Assembly: GCA_963844825.1 (NCBI GenBank)
Contig: CAWJPQ010000003.1
Span: 10,088 to 74,087, forward strand
Direction: 5' to 3'
From: an uncultured Gammaproteobacteria bacterium
GTDB taxonomy: Bacteria; Pseudomonadota; Gammaproteobacteria; CAWJPQ01
Length of the DNA: 64,000 nt
The notes beneath the pieces were generated by a model. That model did no database searches, was not told the DNA's origin, and saw only the letters and a program-made list of their open reading frames with translations. A program made the translations under genes and the position numbers. Shown here one piece after another: positions 1-10,508 of the stretch (positions are counted from its first letter, which is position 1; each line of letters opens with the position of its first letter).

Positions 1-220
1 TGACCGGGACCGGCCCCTTGGCGGGCGGTACCTGTTGATGATATCTCGAAAAGCTATCATTATAAATGATGCAATACCGCCGGCATATCATTCTTTTCGA
101 TACGGCGACATGCTCATCAGGGACAGGGCCGGCACACTCGGGGATATGGGCCCCAAGCGGGGGGCAAAGAGGGGCAAAACTGAATTTTGGGCCTCTCGGT
201 TGTCAAACAAGGAGATCGAG

Positions 221-697
221 ATGGGATACCGCTTATATATGAAACCCGAAAGACAGGCGAGTCTTATTGTCACTGCATGCAAGTGGGCGGCGGCGCTCGC
301 CCTGGCATTGCCGCTGGGGAACGCCCGGGCGGCCCCCCATGACAGCGGGTTGCGGGTCAAGGTGGACGGGCTCAAGTCGGACCGCGGGGATGTCATTTTC
401 GCCCTGTACAACTCCAGGGAGACATTCACCAAACACCTTTTCAAATCCGCCATTCACAGGATCGACCACCACCGCGCCGAGTGGGTCATCAAGCGGCTGC
501 CCCCGGGAGACTATGCCCTGGTCCTGGTCCATGACAAGAACGGCAACCATGATATGGACAGGAACATACTGGGGATCCCCGAGGAACCCTACGCCTTTTC
601 CAACAATGTCACGGGCTTCATGGGCGCCCCTGGTTTCGACAAGGCGAAGTTTACGGTGAGCCGGGGAATGAAGGTGGTGACCATCCACCTGCCGTGA
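221..697 (+). CDS. DUF2141 family exported protein
   Basis: AAGGAG before ATG 221; signal-peptide-like N-terminus; motif PGDYALVLVHDKNGNHDMDRNILGIPEEPYAFSNN typical of DUF2141. Confidence 0.8.
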   Translation: MGYRLYMKPERQASLIVTACKWAAALALALPLGNARAAPHDSGLRVKVDGLKSDRGDVIFALYNSRETFTKHLFKSAIHRIDHHRAEWVIKRLPPGDYALVLVHDKNGNHDMDRNILGIPEEPYAFSNNVTGFMGAPGFDKAKFTVSRGMKVVTIHLP

Positions 698-745
698 GGC
701 GAGGCGCACGCGCCTCAACCCCGCACCGGCGGCCCGGCCCGCCCC

Positions 746-3376
746 TCAATTCACCACATACGTCTTCGCCACATCGAAGGTGTTGCCCGTTGCCTGGTCC
801 CTCAGGGAGTACGCGGCCGTGAAACCGTTGTTCGGTTCAGGCTGACTCAGCGAAAAGAGAATGCCCGTCCCCTGGCCCGGCAACAGGTGCCCGCCGTTGT
901 TGAGCGTAGCTGGATCCGTGACCGTATTCAACACGGCGCTGCCGTCTGTCATCTGGTACCGGGTCAGATCGAACGACCGGTTGGAAAGGTTGTAGATGAA
1001 CAGACTGAACACGCTGCCCTTCTGGGCCATGCCGTTTATGACGGGGGCCACGGAGAAGGTGACCTTGCCGATGGCGGCGGAAAGATCGGGGGTCGCGTAG
1101 ACAGGGGCGAAGTTGCTCACCTGGGTCCCATCGACCGTGGCGGTGACCTTGATCGTGCCGGCGGAGTTGGTGGTCAACTTCACCGTCGCCACGCCGTTGG
1201 CGGTCACGGCCGAGGCGGCACTGAGCTGCCCGCTGCCTTGGTCAATGGAAAAATCCACCCGGGTACCGTCGGCGACGGCGCCTGAGGGCTCGGCGGGCTC
1301 GACGGTCACGGTGATCGTACTCTCATCGGTGCCGTCGGCGAGGATGACGTTGGGGCTCGCCGCCGCCACCAGGGAGACGGGGCTGTCGGGGTTGGCCGAG
1401 ACGCTCACCGTGGTGGTCCCCTGTATCGAACCCAGGGATGCGGTAATGCCGGACTGACCGACGCCGGTCCCCGTCACGGTGCCTGCATCGGCGGACGCGT
1501 TGCTGACCGATGCCACGGCGCTGTCCGAGGCGCTCCACGTCACCTGGGAGGTCAGGTCCTGCTGGGAATTGTCCGTGTAGGTCCCGACGGCGGACAGCTG
1601 CACCGCCGTGCCCTTGATGAGGCCGGGGTTCGAGGGGGTGACCTGGATGGCCGTCAGACGGGCATTGGTGACCGTCACGGCAGTGGATCCGCTGATGCTC
1701 CCGATCAGGGCCGTTACGGTGGCCGAGCCCGGGGCCAGCGTCACCGCCTGCCCCTGGGCGCCCGGGGCATTGCTCACGGTCACGACGGCGCTGTCGGAGG
1801 TCTGCCAGGTGACCTGACCGGTAATGTCCTGGGTGGTCGCGTCCGAATAATGACCCGTTGCCTTTAAAGAGACCCGCAGGCCTGCGGCGATGGACGGATC
1901 GGCCGGGGTCACGTCTATACTCTGCAGGGTCGCCGAGGTCACCGTGATGCGGCTCGTGCCGGTCTTCTGGCTCAGGGTCGCGCTGATCACCACACTGCCC
2001 GGCGCCTTTGCCTGGACCCGGCCCGCGTCGCCGGCGACATTACTCACCTGGGCAACCGTGGAATCGGTGGTGCCCCAGTTGACCTGACCGGTGAGATCCA
2101 GGGTCGAACCGTCGCTGTAATTGCCCGTGGCGGTCAAGGCCAGGGATGTGCCGTCAGCCAGCGCGTGGCTGGTGGGTGATACGTTGATCGACACCAGGGC
2201 GGCGCTGCTCACGCTCAAGGGCAAAGCGGCGGTCACCCCCGCCAAGGTCGCGCTGATGGCCGTGTTGCCCACCGCGAGCGCGTTCACCAGGCCGAATGAG
2301 CCCGAGGCATTGCCCACGGTCGCCACCGAGCCTTGCGAAGAGGCCCATGTGACCTGGTCCGTGATGTCCTGAATCGAACCGTCACTGAAGGTCCCCACCG
2401 CCGTGAGCTGCTCGTGCACACCCGCGGGGAGCACGCCCGTCACCGGCGTGATGCCGATGGCGGTGAGCACCGCCGGCGTGACGGTGACGGTGGTACTGCC
2501 GGTCATGCCGTTAAATACAGCCTTGATGGTGGCATTGCCGGCGGATTGGGACGCGACCAGACCGGCGTTGGCGCCGCCGTTGCTGACCGTGGCCACGCCC
2601 GCCGACGTGGAACTCCATGTGGCCACCCCCGTCAGGTCCTGGGTCGAGCCGTCGCTGAACACGCCGGTGGCGGTCAGCTGGGTGACGGTGCCGTCGGCGA
2701 TGGACGGGCTGGATGGCTCCACCCGGATGGCGGTCAGGGATGCATTGGTTACCGTCACCGCCGCGCTGCCCTGCACCTTGCCCATGGTCGCGGTAACAGT
2801 GGCCGACCCGGCGGCTGCACCGCTCAACAGTCCTGCCCCCGGGGTCACCGTGGCCACCGCCGTGTCGGACGACTGCCAGCTCACCTGGTCGGTCAGGTCC
2901 TGGTGCGTGCCGTCGGAGAAGCGGCCTGTCGCGGACAGCTGCACCTTGGTCCCGGCGGCGATGGCGGGCGACCCGGGGTTGATGTCGATGGCCACCAGGT
3001 TCGCATTGGTCACGGTCAGGGTGGTATTGGTCTTGATGCCGCCGACCGTTGCCGAGATGGTGGTCGGTCCGACCGCGACGGAGGTGACCGTTACGCCGGA
3101 GGCGCCGGCGCTGCCGATCGTGGCGACCTTGGTGTTCGATGAGTCCCATGTTGCCTTGGCGGTGAGATCCGCCTTGGAGTTGTCGCTGTAGATGCCCGTG
3201 ACCGCCAACTTTGTCGTGGTGCCGTCGGCGATGGACGGAGCGACCGGCGAGATCTGCATCTGCTGCAAAGACACGCCGCCCGCATTAGACGAGGTTGATG
3301 AGGCGCCGCCCCCGTTGCACCCTGCAACGGCCAATGCCACCGTCAGCACTAGTGCCGACGGGAATATGGCGCGCAT
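746..3376 (-). CDS. Surface lipoprotein with 7 tandem Big_2 Ig-like repeats, a Big_1-like domain and a C-terminal domain (LigA/LigB-like adhesin)
   Basis: Lipobox VAGC after MRAIFPSALVLTVALA; seven ~90 aa repeats with G.(F/Y)SD...D(L/I)T...W; ILADGTDESTITVTV Big_1-like segment. Confidence 0.8.
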   Translation of the reverse strand: MRAIFPSALVLTVALAVAGCNGGGASSTSSNAGGVSLQQMQISPVAPSIADGTTTKLAVTGIYSDNSKADLTAKATWDSSNTKVATIGSAGASGVTVTSVAVGPTTISATVGGIKTNTTLTVTNANLVAIDINPGSPAIAAGTKVQLSATGRFSDGTHQDLTDQVSWQSSDTAVATVTPGAGLLSGAAAGSATVTATMGKVQGSAAVTVTNASLTAIRVEPSSPSIADGTVTQLTATGVFSDGSTQDLTGVATWSSTSAGVATVSNGGANAGLVASQSAGNATIKAVFNGMTGSTTVTVTPAVLTAIGITPVTGVLPAGVHEQLTAVGTFSDGSIQDITDQVTWASSQGSVATVGNASGSFGLVNALAVGNTAISATLAGVTAALPLSVSSAALVSINVSPTSHALADGTSLALTATGNYSDGSTLDLTGQVNWGTTDSTVAQVSNVAGDAGRVQAKAPGSVVISATLSQKTGTSRITVTSATLQSIDVTPADPSIAAGLRVSLKATGHYSDATTQDITGQVTWQTSDSAVVTVSNAPGAQGQAVTLAPGSATVTALIGSISGSTAVTVTNARLTAIQVTPSNPGLIKGTAVQLSAVGTYTDNSQQDLTSQVTWSASDSAVASVSNASADAGTVTGTGVGQSGITASLGSIQGTTTVSVSANPDSPVSLVAAASPNVILADGTDESTITVTVEPAEPSGAVADGTRVDFSIDQGSGQLSAASAVTANGVATVKLTTNSAGTIKVTATVDGTQVSNFAPVYATPDLSAAIGKVTFSVAPVINGMAQKGSVFSLFIYNLSNRSFDLTRYQMTDGSAVLNTVTDPATLNNGGHLLPGQGTGILFSLSQPEPNNGFTAAYSLRDQATGNTFDVAKTYVVN

Positions 3377-3770
3377 AAACGACCATTCAAGCAACATGCG
3401 AAAACGCAATTTCATAGGCGTCGTGTGTCCCTTCATCATCACTGCTCGGCACCCCCAGCTATAGGATAATCGGCCAACGGCCATGGTCAGCGGTCACCCG
3501 GTCGCGGCGTTTCCACGCTGTATATATAGATCGGCGGAAGCTTATGCACCTTAAATGAAACCGCACAGCAGCCCCCCGAGCCGCCCCGCAAAGCCCTTCA
3601 GGGCCTGCCAACACCCCGCTGAGACCCCGCGCCGCCGCACGGATACCGGGACAAATCAGGCCTTGCTTATGCAGGCACGCCTGATATCGGGCAACCGGGG
3701 GCATGGATCCGATCGGCCAGAGCGGGGGGTTATCCATGTCCGGCGACGGGACTTTGCGAGCGTTTTAGAA

Positions 3771-3787
3771 CTGGCTGAATATTTGCA
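3771..3787 (+). promoter_or_regulatory. Candidate sigma54 -24/-12 promoter upstream of cyc2
   Basis: CTGGCTGAATATTTGCA = GG-N10-GC with TTGCA; imperfect TGGCAC half. Confidence 0.3.
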
Positions 3788-4085
3788 TCTTCAGCATCGC
3801 CATCGGATGCAATTAAAGCTTGTCCCTGCAAGGCCGATGTAATAGGGACAGCAAGGGGTCAGGTTTTCATTTGCAAGAGTGATCCGCGAAGGCAACGGGA
3901 CTGAAAGGCTATCGACTTGTTCGGCAGAGTCGTGGTCTTTTGGTTTGATTTTGCGGAAATAACATTGGCATCTTGTATGACTATGATCTTGGCATCAAAG
4001 GCGAACAGTAGTATGCTTCGTTTCGGCATTTGGGTCACAGACTTACGTGATCCTGGCTCGGACGCTAAACAAAGGAGGAAAGTGG

Positions 4086-5456
4086 ATGAAAAGAACTAAC
4101 TCATTACTCAGTCTTATAGGTAGTCTTCTTATAGGAACATTTGGATTACTACTTATCCCGCAACAAGCACAGGCGGTGCCGGCTTTCGCCCGCCAGATGG
4201 GAGTGTCGTGTAACACCTGTCACTTCCAGCACTTCCCCGAGCTGAATTCGTTCGGCCGGGCCTTCAAGGCGAGCGGTTTCACCATGACCGGCACGCCGAC
4301 CATCGACCAGGACGGCAACTTCTCGCTGCCCTCCAACCTGAACGCGGCGATCTTCACCAACCTGCGCTATCAGAAGAGCAACGGGACCGGTTCAGGCAGC
4401 ACCTCTACGGGGAAAACGACGAACAACGGGGCGTGGATCTTCCCCGGGGAGACCTCCCTGTTCGTCGGTGGCCGGGTCAGCCAGCACGTGGGCGCCCTGG
4501 TCGAGGGTGACGTAGGTGCCGGTGGAATCGGCGGCGGCGGCTTTCTCGCCAGCATCAAGGTTCCCATGGTCCACAAGATCGCCTCAACCCCTTTGACCGG
4601 TGACATCAATGGCGGTGTGGTGCCGTTCAGCGCGGGTCTGGGGCCGGCCTATGCCTTCGAGATCATGAACACCGGTGCGGTGGGTAACCACTTCATGAAC
4701 CTGGTGCACGTCAGCTCCATGTCGGCGATCCAGTTTGTCCAGACGGCAGGCATGAGCACGGGCGACACCAACGCTGAAGGCATCGGGGCATTCGCCGAGA
4801 GCAGCAACTTCTTCGTTACTGTGGCCGGATGGGATCCCAACCACAGCATCGCGGATATATCGGGCACCAGTTCATCCCCCAGCTCCCAATACGTGCGCGT
4901 TGCAGTAACGCCACAACTGGGGCGTTGGGATACCGGCTTCGGCTTTGCATGGTACGGCGGCCAGTCTGTCGTAGGGGACGGCGCTGTTACCAACGGTGTC
5001 TACAAGACCCATATGTGGGCCTTCGATGGCCAGATGCAGGGCAACCTCACCATGGGCGGCCGCCACATGCCGCTGGGCGTCTACGTGAGCTATGCCCAGG
5101 CACCGGGCTCCACGTCGACGGGAGGGCCGATGAACCTCTATAACACCGGCAGCCGAACCATGAGGTCCGGGTCCATCGCTGCGGAGCTGGGGGCCTTCGA
5201 CCAGGGCCGCAGCACCATCCAGGTGGGCTACCGCTGGGCTCAGACAGGCGCGACGACCCACAACATCGACAATGCCTACACGGTGGGACTCACCTATCTG
5301 CCGTGGGACAATGTCCAGTTCGCCGTGTATGAGACGATCTACAGCGGCAGCGCTCATGGTAATAACCCCAACAACGGGTATACCAACCTGGCTGACGCCG
5401 GTCTGGGCGGCTCAGGCCACTCTCTGACCTCTGTCAACCTGGCGGTAGGCTTCTGA
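4086..5456 (+). CDS. cyc2: Cyc2-family fused monoheme cytochrome c / porin (candidate Fe(II) oxidase)
   Basis: AAAGGAGG RBS; signal peptide ending AQA, then VPAFARQMGVSCNTCHFQHFPELNSFGRAFKASGF (Cyc2 N-terminal signature, one CxxCH); beta-barrel-like remainder ending in Phe. Confidence 0.85.
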   Translation: MKRTNSLLSLIGSLLIGTFGLLLIPQQAQAVPAFARQMGVSCNTCHFQHFPELNSFGRAFKASGFTMTGTPTIDQDGNFSLPSNLNAAIFTNLRYQKSNGTGSGSTSTGKTTNNGAWIFPGETSLFVGGRVSQHVGALVEGDVGAGGIGGGGFLASIKVPMVHKIASTPLTGDINGGVVPFSAGLGPAYAFEIMNTGAVGNHFMNLVHVSSMSAIQFVQTAGMSTGDTNAEGIGAFAESSNFFVTVAGWDPNHSIADISGTSSSPSSQYVRVAVTPQLGRWDTGFGFAWYGGQSVVGDGAVTNGVYKTHMWAFDGQMQGNLTMGGRHMPLGVYVSYAQAPGSTSTGGPMNLYNTGSRTMRSGSIAAELGAFDQGRSTIQVGYRWAQTGATTHNIDNAYTVGLTYLPWDNVQFAVYETIYSGSAHGNNPNNGYTNLADAGLGGSGHSLTSVNLAVGF

Positions 5457-5512
5457 TGCCGGTGGCAGGCTAGCTTTCCTGCCAATTCAGAGCCTCTGTC
5501 AGAGGTGTAACG

Positions 5513-5548
5513 AAAAAACCCCAGCCCTTTCGGGCTGGGGTTTTTTTT
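5513..5548. terminator. Bidirectional intrinsic terminator between cyc2 and sqr
   Basis: AAAAAACCCCAGCCC-TTTC-GGGCTGGGGTTTTTTTT hairpin with A and T tracts on either side. Confidence 0.9.
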
Positions 5549-5640
5549 CATCTCCACGCTTTTCTAACGAAGCTCTATGGCGAGCTCTATGGGCGGGATC
5601 ACGCCGCCAACAGCGGGCCGCCGGCCCCGAAAGAGACCTG

Positions 5641-6930
<1,290 letters not shown>

Positions 6931-7181
6931 TTAACGGTTCTGGCCGTATTGCATGGACTCTAAATGATCACCGGCAACGCCGGCTTGAGCGAAATCAATC
7001 CGGCGATCATTCTCCCCCCAAACTGGAGCTCACCCACCTATTGTACGTTTTTGGGGCCGGTTTTGGACAGGCGACGGCGTCCCGGGCGGCCGGTGCCAGC
7101 GTTTGCAGCCACCCGGGCGTTGAAATACACTCTGGCGCGAGGGAGCGGGTTTGCGGTGGCTACGACGGCTGGGGACCCGTC

Positions 7182-7376
7182 CCTCCTCGCCCGTGGGGGA
7201 TTTATGCCCTTCCGGGTAGAAGGACAGGATGAGAGGATCAATAGATTGGCCGCACCTGGCTATCACCCCCTCACCCCAACCCTCCCGGTGGGAGAGGGAG
7301 GGAACAAGCCCCTCGCCCAAGCATGCCTTCCTGGGCGAAAACAATTTTCATGCTCCCGCTCGAGGGGAGAGGGAAC
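7182..7376. repeat. REP-like palindromic repeat cluster
   Basis: CCCCTCACCCCAACCCTCCC..GGGAGAGGG at 7266-7300; segment 7198-7238 closely matches 48644-48686. Confidence 0.7.
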
Positions 7377-7402
7377 GAATTTAGCCGGGGCACACCATTG
7401 TC

Positions 7403-8194
7403 ATGTTTTTTATCCTATCCAAGCTCGTCTGGGCCCTCATAGAGCCCACCAACCTGCTGATCCTCGGGTTCCTGACCGGCACACTGCTGCTGTGGCTCGG
7501 CAGGACCCGGGCGGCGCGCAACACCCTCGCCGTCACCAGCATCGTGCTGCTTACCGTCGTCCTGCTGCCGGTGGGCGATGCCCTGCTGATTCCCCTGGAG
7601 CAGCGCTTCCCGGCGCCCGAACTGCCCCCCCGGCTGGACGGCATCATCCTGCTCGGCGGCGCCCAGCGCCCGCTGCTCACCCGGGACTACCACCAGCCGG
7701 CCATGTCCGGCGCCGCCGAGACCATGACCACCTTCCTCGCCCTGGCCAGGGCCCACCCCGAGGCGCGGCTGGTGTTCGCGGGCGGGTCCGGCGACCCCCG
7801 CCACCAGGACGTCTCCGAGGCGGACACGGTGAGGCTGTTTCTGCGTCAGCAGGGCTTCGATCCGAACAGGCTGACCTACGAGCGCCGATCCCGCAATACC
7901 TATGAGAACGCCGCCTTCGCCAAGCGCCTGGTGACGCCCAAGCCGGGCCAGCAGTGGGTGCTGGTGACCACCGCCTACGGGATGCCCCGGGCCGTGGGGG
8001 TGTTTCGCGCCGCGGGCTGGCCGGTGATCCCCTACCCCTGCGACTACCGGGTGGGCCGGCACCTGCAACTGCTGCCCAGCCTCCTTATCGGCGATTCCCT
8101 GTCGACCCTGGCCATGGCCCTGCACGAATGGCTGGGGCTGACAGCCTATTACGTCACGGGCAAGACCAGCGCCCTGTTCCCGGGGCAGGGGTAG
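7403..8194 (+). CDS. YdcF/ElyC-like DUF218 membrane protein
   Basis: N-terminal TM helices, GIILLGG, SRNTYENA, VLVTTAYGMPRA, HEWLG motifs. Confidence 0.9.
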   Translation: MFFILSKLVWALIEPTNLLILGFLTGTLLLWLGRTRAARNTLAVTSIVLLTVVLLPVGDALLIPLEQRFPAPELPPRLDGIILLGGAQRPLLTRDYHQPAMSGAAETMTTFLALARAHPEARLVFAGGSGDPRHQDVSEADTVRLFLRQQGFDPNRLTYERRSRNTYENAAFAKRLVTPKPGQQWVLVTTAYGMPRAVGVFRAAGWPVIPYPCDYRVGRHLQLLPSLLIGDSLSTLAMALHEWLGLTAYYVTGKTSALFPGQG

Positions 8195-8241
8195 CGCCCG
8201 AGCCCCCATCCGTCGCGACGGACGCTGGTGACGGACACGGG

Positions 8242-9351
8242 CTACTCCAGCTTGTGCCGGAACAGCACCCCCGCCGCGGCCAGGGCGCACACGCCGATCA
8301 CGGCCATGGGCCAGAACTGCTGCCAGAGGGTGGCGAGGGGCAGATCCTCCAGGAAGATTCCCCGGACCACCACCAGGAAGTAGCGCATGGGGTTCAGATA
8401 GGTGATGTACTGAACCGCCATGGGCATGTTGGCGATGGGCGTGGCGAACCCCGACAGGATCACCGACGGAACCAGGAACACGAATGCGCCCAGCATGGCC
8501 TGCTGCTGGGTACTCACCAGCGAAGAGATCATCAGCCCCACCCCGATGGCCGACAGCAGGTACAGGGCGATGCCCAGGTACAGGACGGCGAGGCTGCCCA
8601 GCAGGGGGATGTGGAACCAGGTCACCGCCAGGACGATGATCACGCTGGCCTCGAACAGGCCGATGAGGAACGCCGGCAGGGTCTTGCCCAGCACGATCTC
8701 CAGGGGCCGCAGGGGCGTCACCTGGAGCTGATCGAAGGTCCCCAGCTCGCGCTCGCGGGCCACCGACAGGGCGGTCACCATCAGGCTCACCACCATGGTC
8801 AGCAGGGCGACGATGCCCGGCACGATGAACCAGCGGCTGGCCAGGTTGGGATTGAACCAGGCCCGGGTCTCCAGGTGGGACGGCAGGCCCGGCAGGCCGT
8901 GGCCCCGGGCCCATGCCTGATTGAAGGAAAAGATGATGTTGCGGGCGTAGTTGAGGATGATCAGGGCGGTGTTGGAATCACGCCCGTCGACGATGAGCTG
9001 GGCCCGGGCGGGACGGTGCACCCGGAGCCGGCGGGAGAACTGGGGCCCGATATGCAGGACCAGGGCGGCGCGCTTGGTGTCGATCATCCGGTCGATTTGA
9101 TCCTGATGCCTCAGGTCGGCGATCTTTTTGAAGACGCCGGTCCCCGTGAAGTGCGCCGTGAGCTGGCGGGAGGCGGCGCTGTTGTCCTCGTCGTATACCG
9201 CCAGGGCCACCTGGTTGAGGTCGAAGGTCGCCGCGTAACCGAAGATGATCACCTGCACCAGGGGCGGCACGATCAGCACCAAGCGGCTCTTCTTGTCCCG
9301 CCACAGGGAGAGGAACTCCTTGATCACCAGTGCCCGAATTCGTCCCCACAT
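8242..9351 (-). CDS. ybhR: ABC-2 transporter permease (YbhR-like)
   Basis: MWGRIRALVIKEF start, ARERELGTFDQLQVTP, SGFATPIANMP. Confidence 0.85.
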   Translation of the reverse strand: MWGRIRALVIKEFLSLWRDKKSRLVLIVPPLVQVIIFGYAATFDLNQVALAVYDEDNSAASRQLTAHFTGTGVFKKIADLRHQDQIDRMIDTKRAALVLHIGPQFSRRLRVHRPARAQLIVDGRDSNTALIILNYARNIIFSFNQAWARGHGLPGLPSHLETRAWFNPNLASRWFIVPGIVALLTMVVSLMVTALSVARERELGTFDQLQVTPLRPLEIVLGKTLPAFLIGLFEASVIIVLAVTWFHIPLLGSLAVLYLGIALYLLSAIGVGLMISSLVSTQQQAMLGAFVFLVPSVILSGFATPIANMPMAVQYITYLNPMRYFLVVVRGIFLEDLPLATLWQQFWPMAVIGVCALAAAGVLFRHKLE

Positions 9352-9359
9352 GGTCGCGC

Positions 9360-10508
9360 TCACTCCAGACGCTTGTGGCTGATGCGCCAGGTGAGCCCGA
9401 GGAAGACGGCGGCCATGGCGATGAGGGCCAGGCTGTTGGGGAGGATCACCGACCACACGTTGCCGGCGAGAAAGACCGTCTGCAGGATGGCGACGAAATA
9501 ACGCGCCGCGATCAGGTGGGTGATCCACTGGATCGGCGCGGGCATGCTGCCGATGTCGAAGATGAACCCCGACAGGATGAACGCCGGCAGAAAGGTGACG
9601 ATAATCGCCGTCTGGCCCGCGGCGAACTGGTTCTTCGTCACGGTGGAGATCAGCAGCCCCATCCCCAGGGCCACCAGGAGGAACAGGGCCGCCGTGCACA
9701 GCAGCACCCACGCCGAGCCCACCAGGGGCACCTTGAACAGCAGCAGCGCCATGGCCACCGAGAGCGCCATGCCGCCCATGCCCAGCAGAAAGTACGGGAT
9801 CAGTTTGCCCAGCAGGATCTCCCCGACGCTGACCGGGGTCACCATCAGGGCCTCCATGGTCCCCCGCTCCCATTCCCGCGCCACCACCAGGGAGGTGAGC
9901 AGGGCGCCGATCAGGGTCATGATGATGGCGATCAGGCCCGGCACCAGGAAGTTGCGGCTGCGCACCTCGGGGTTGAACCGCACCCGCTGCTCCATCTCCA
10001 CCGGGGTCTCATCGGGCAGGCCATGGCGCCTCGCCCGCTGCTGCAGCCACGTGGCCCAGGCCCCCTGGACGTAGCCGAGGACCAGGCGACCGGTATTGGC
10101 GTCCACGCCGTTGACGATGACCTGGACCGCGGGGTCGCGATGGGCGAGCAGGCGCCGGGTGTAGTCACCGCGCAGGACCACGATGCCCCGCACGCGGCCT
10201 TGGGACAGGGCCCGTCGCGCCGCCCGCATGGTGGCCATGGGGTGGCCCACCAGGTAGGGCGAGTGGCTGAAGGCGCCGGTCAGGCTGGCGGTCTCGGGCG
10301 TCGGGTCCTGGACGACCACGGCGATGGGCACGTCGCGGGCGTCGAGGGACACCCCGTAGCCGAAGATCAGCAGCAGGATCACCGGCAGGACGAAGGCGAT
10401 GGAGATACTGCTCGGGTCGCGCAGGATCTGCCAGGTCTCCTTGTAGACGAGCCCCCACAGGCGCATGATCGCGCCGCCGCGGCGCCCGTCCGGCCCGGGG
10501 GCGCTCAC
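9360..10508 (-). CDS. ybhS: ABC-2 transporter permease (YbhS-like)
   Basis: KETWQILRDPSSI, AREWERGTMEALMVTP. Confidence 0.85.
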   Translation of the reverse strand: MSAPGPDGRRGGAIMRLWGLVYKETWQILRDPSSISIAFVLPVILLLIFGYGVSLDARDVPIAVVVQDPTPETASLTGAFSHSPYLVGHPMATMRAARRALSQGRVRGIVVLRGDYTRRLLAHRDPAVQVIVNGVDANTGRLVLGYVQGAWATWLQQRARRHGLPDETPVEMEQRVRFNPEVRSRNFLVPGLIAIIMTLIGALLTSLVVAREWERGTMEALMVTPVSVGEILLGKLIPYFLLGMGGMALSVAMALLLFKVPLVGSAWVLLCTAALFLLVALGMGLLISTVTKNQFAAGQTAIIVTFLPAFILSGFIFDIGSMPAPIQWITHLIAARYFVAILQTVFLAGNVWSVILPNSLALIAMAAVFLGLTWRISHKRLE

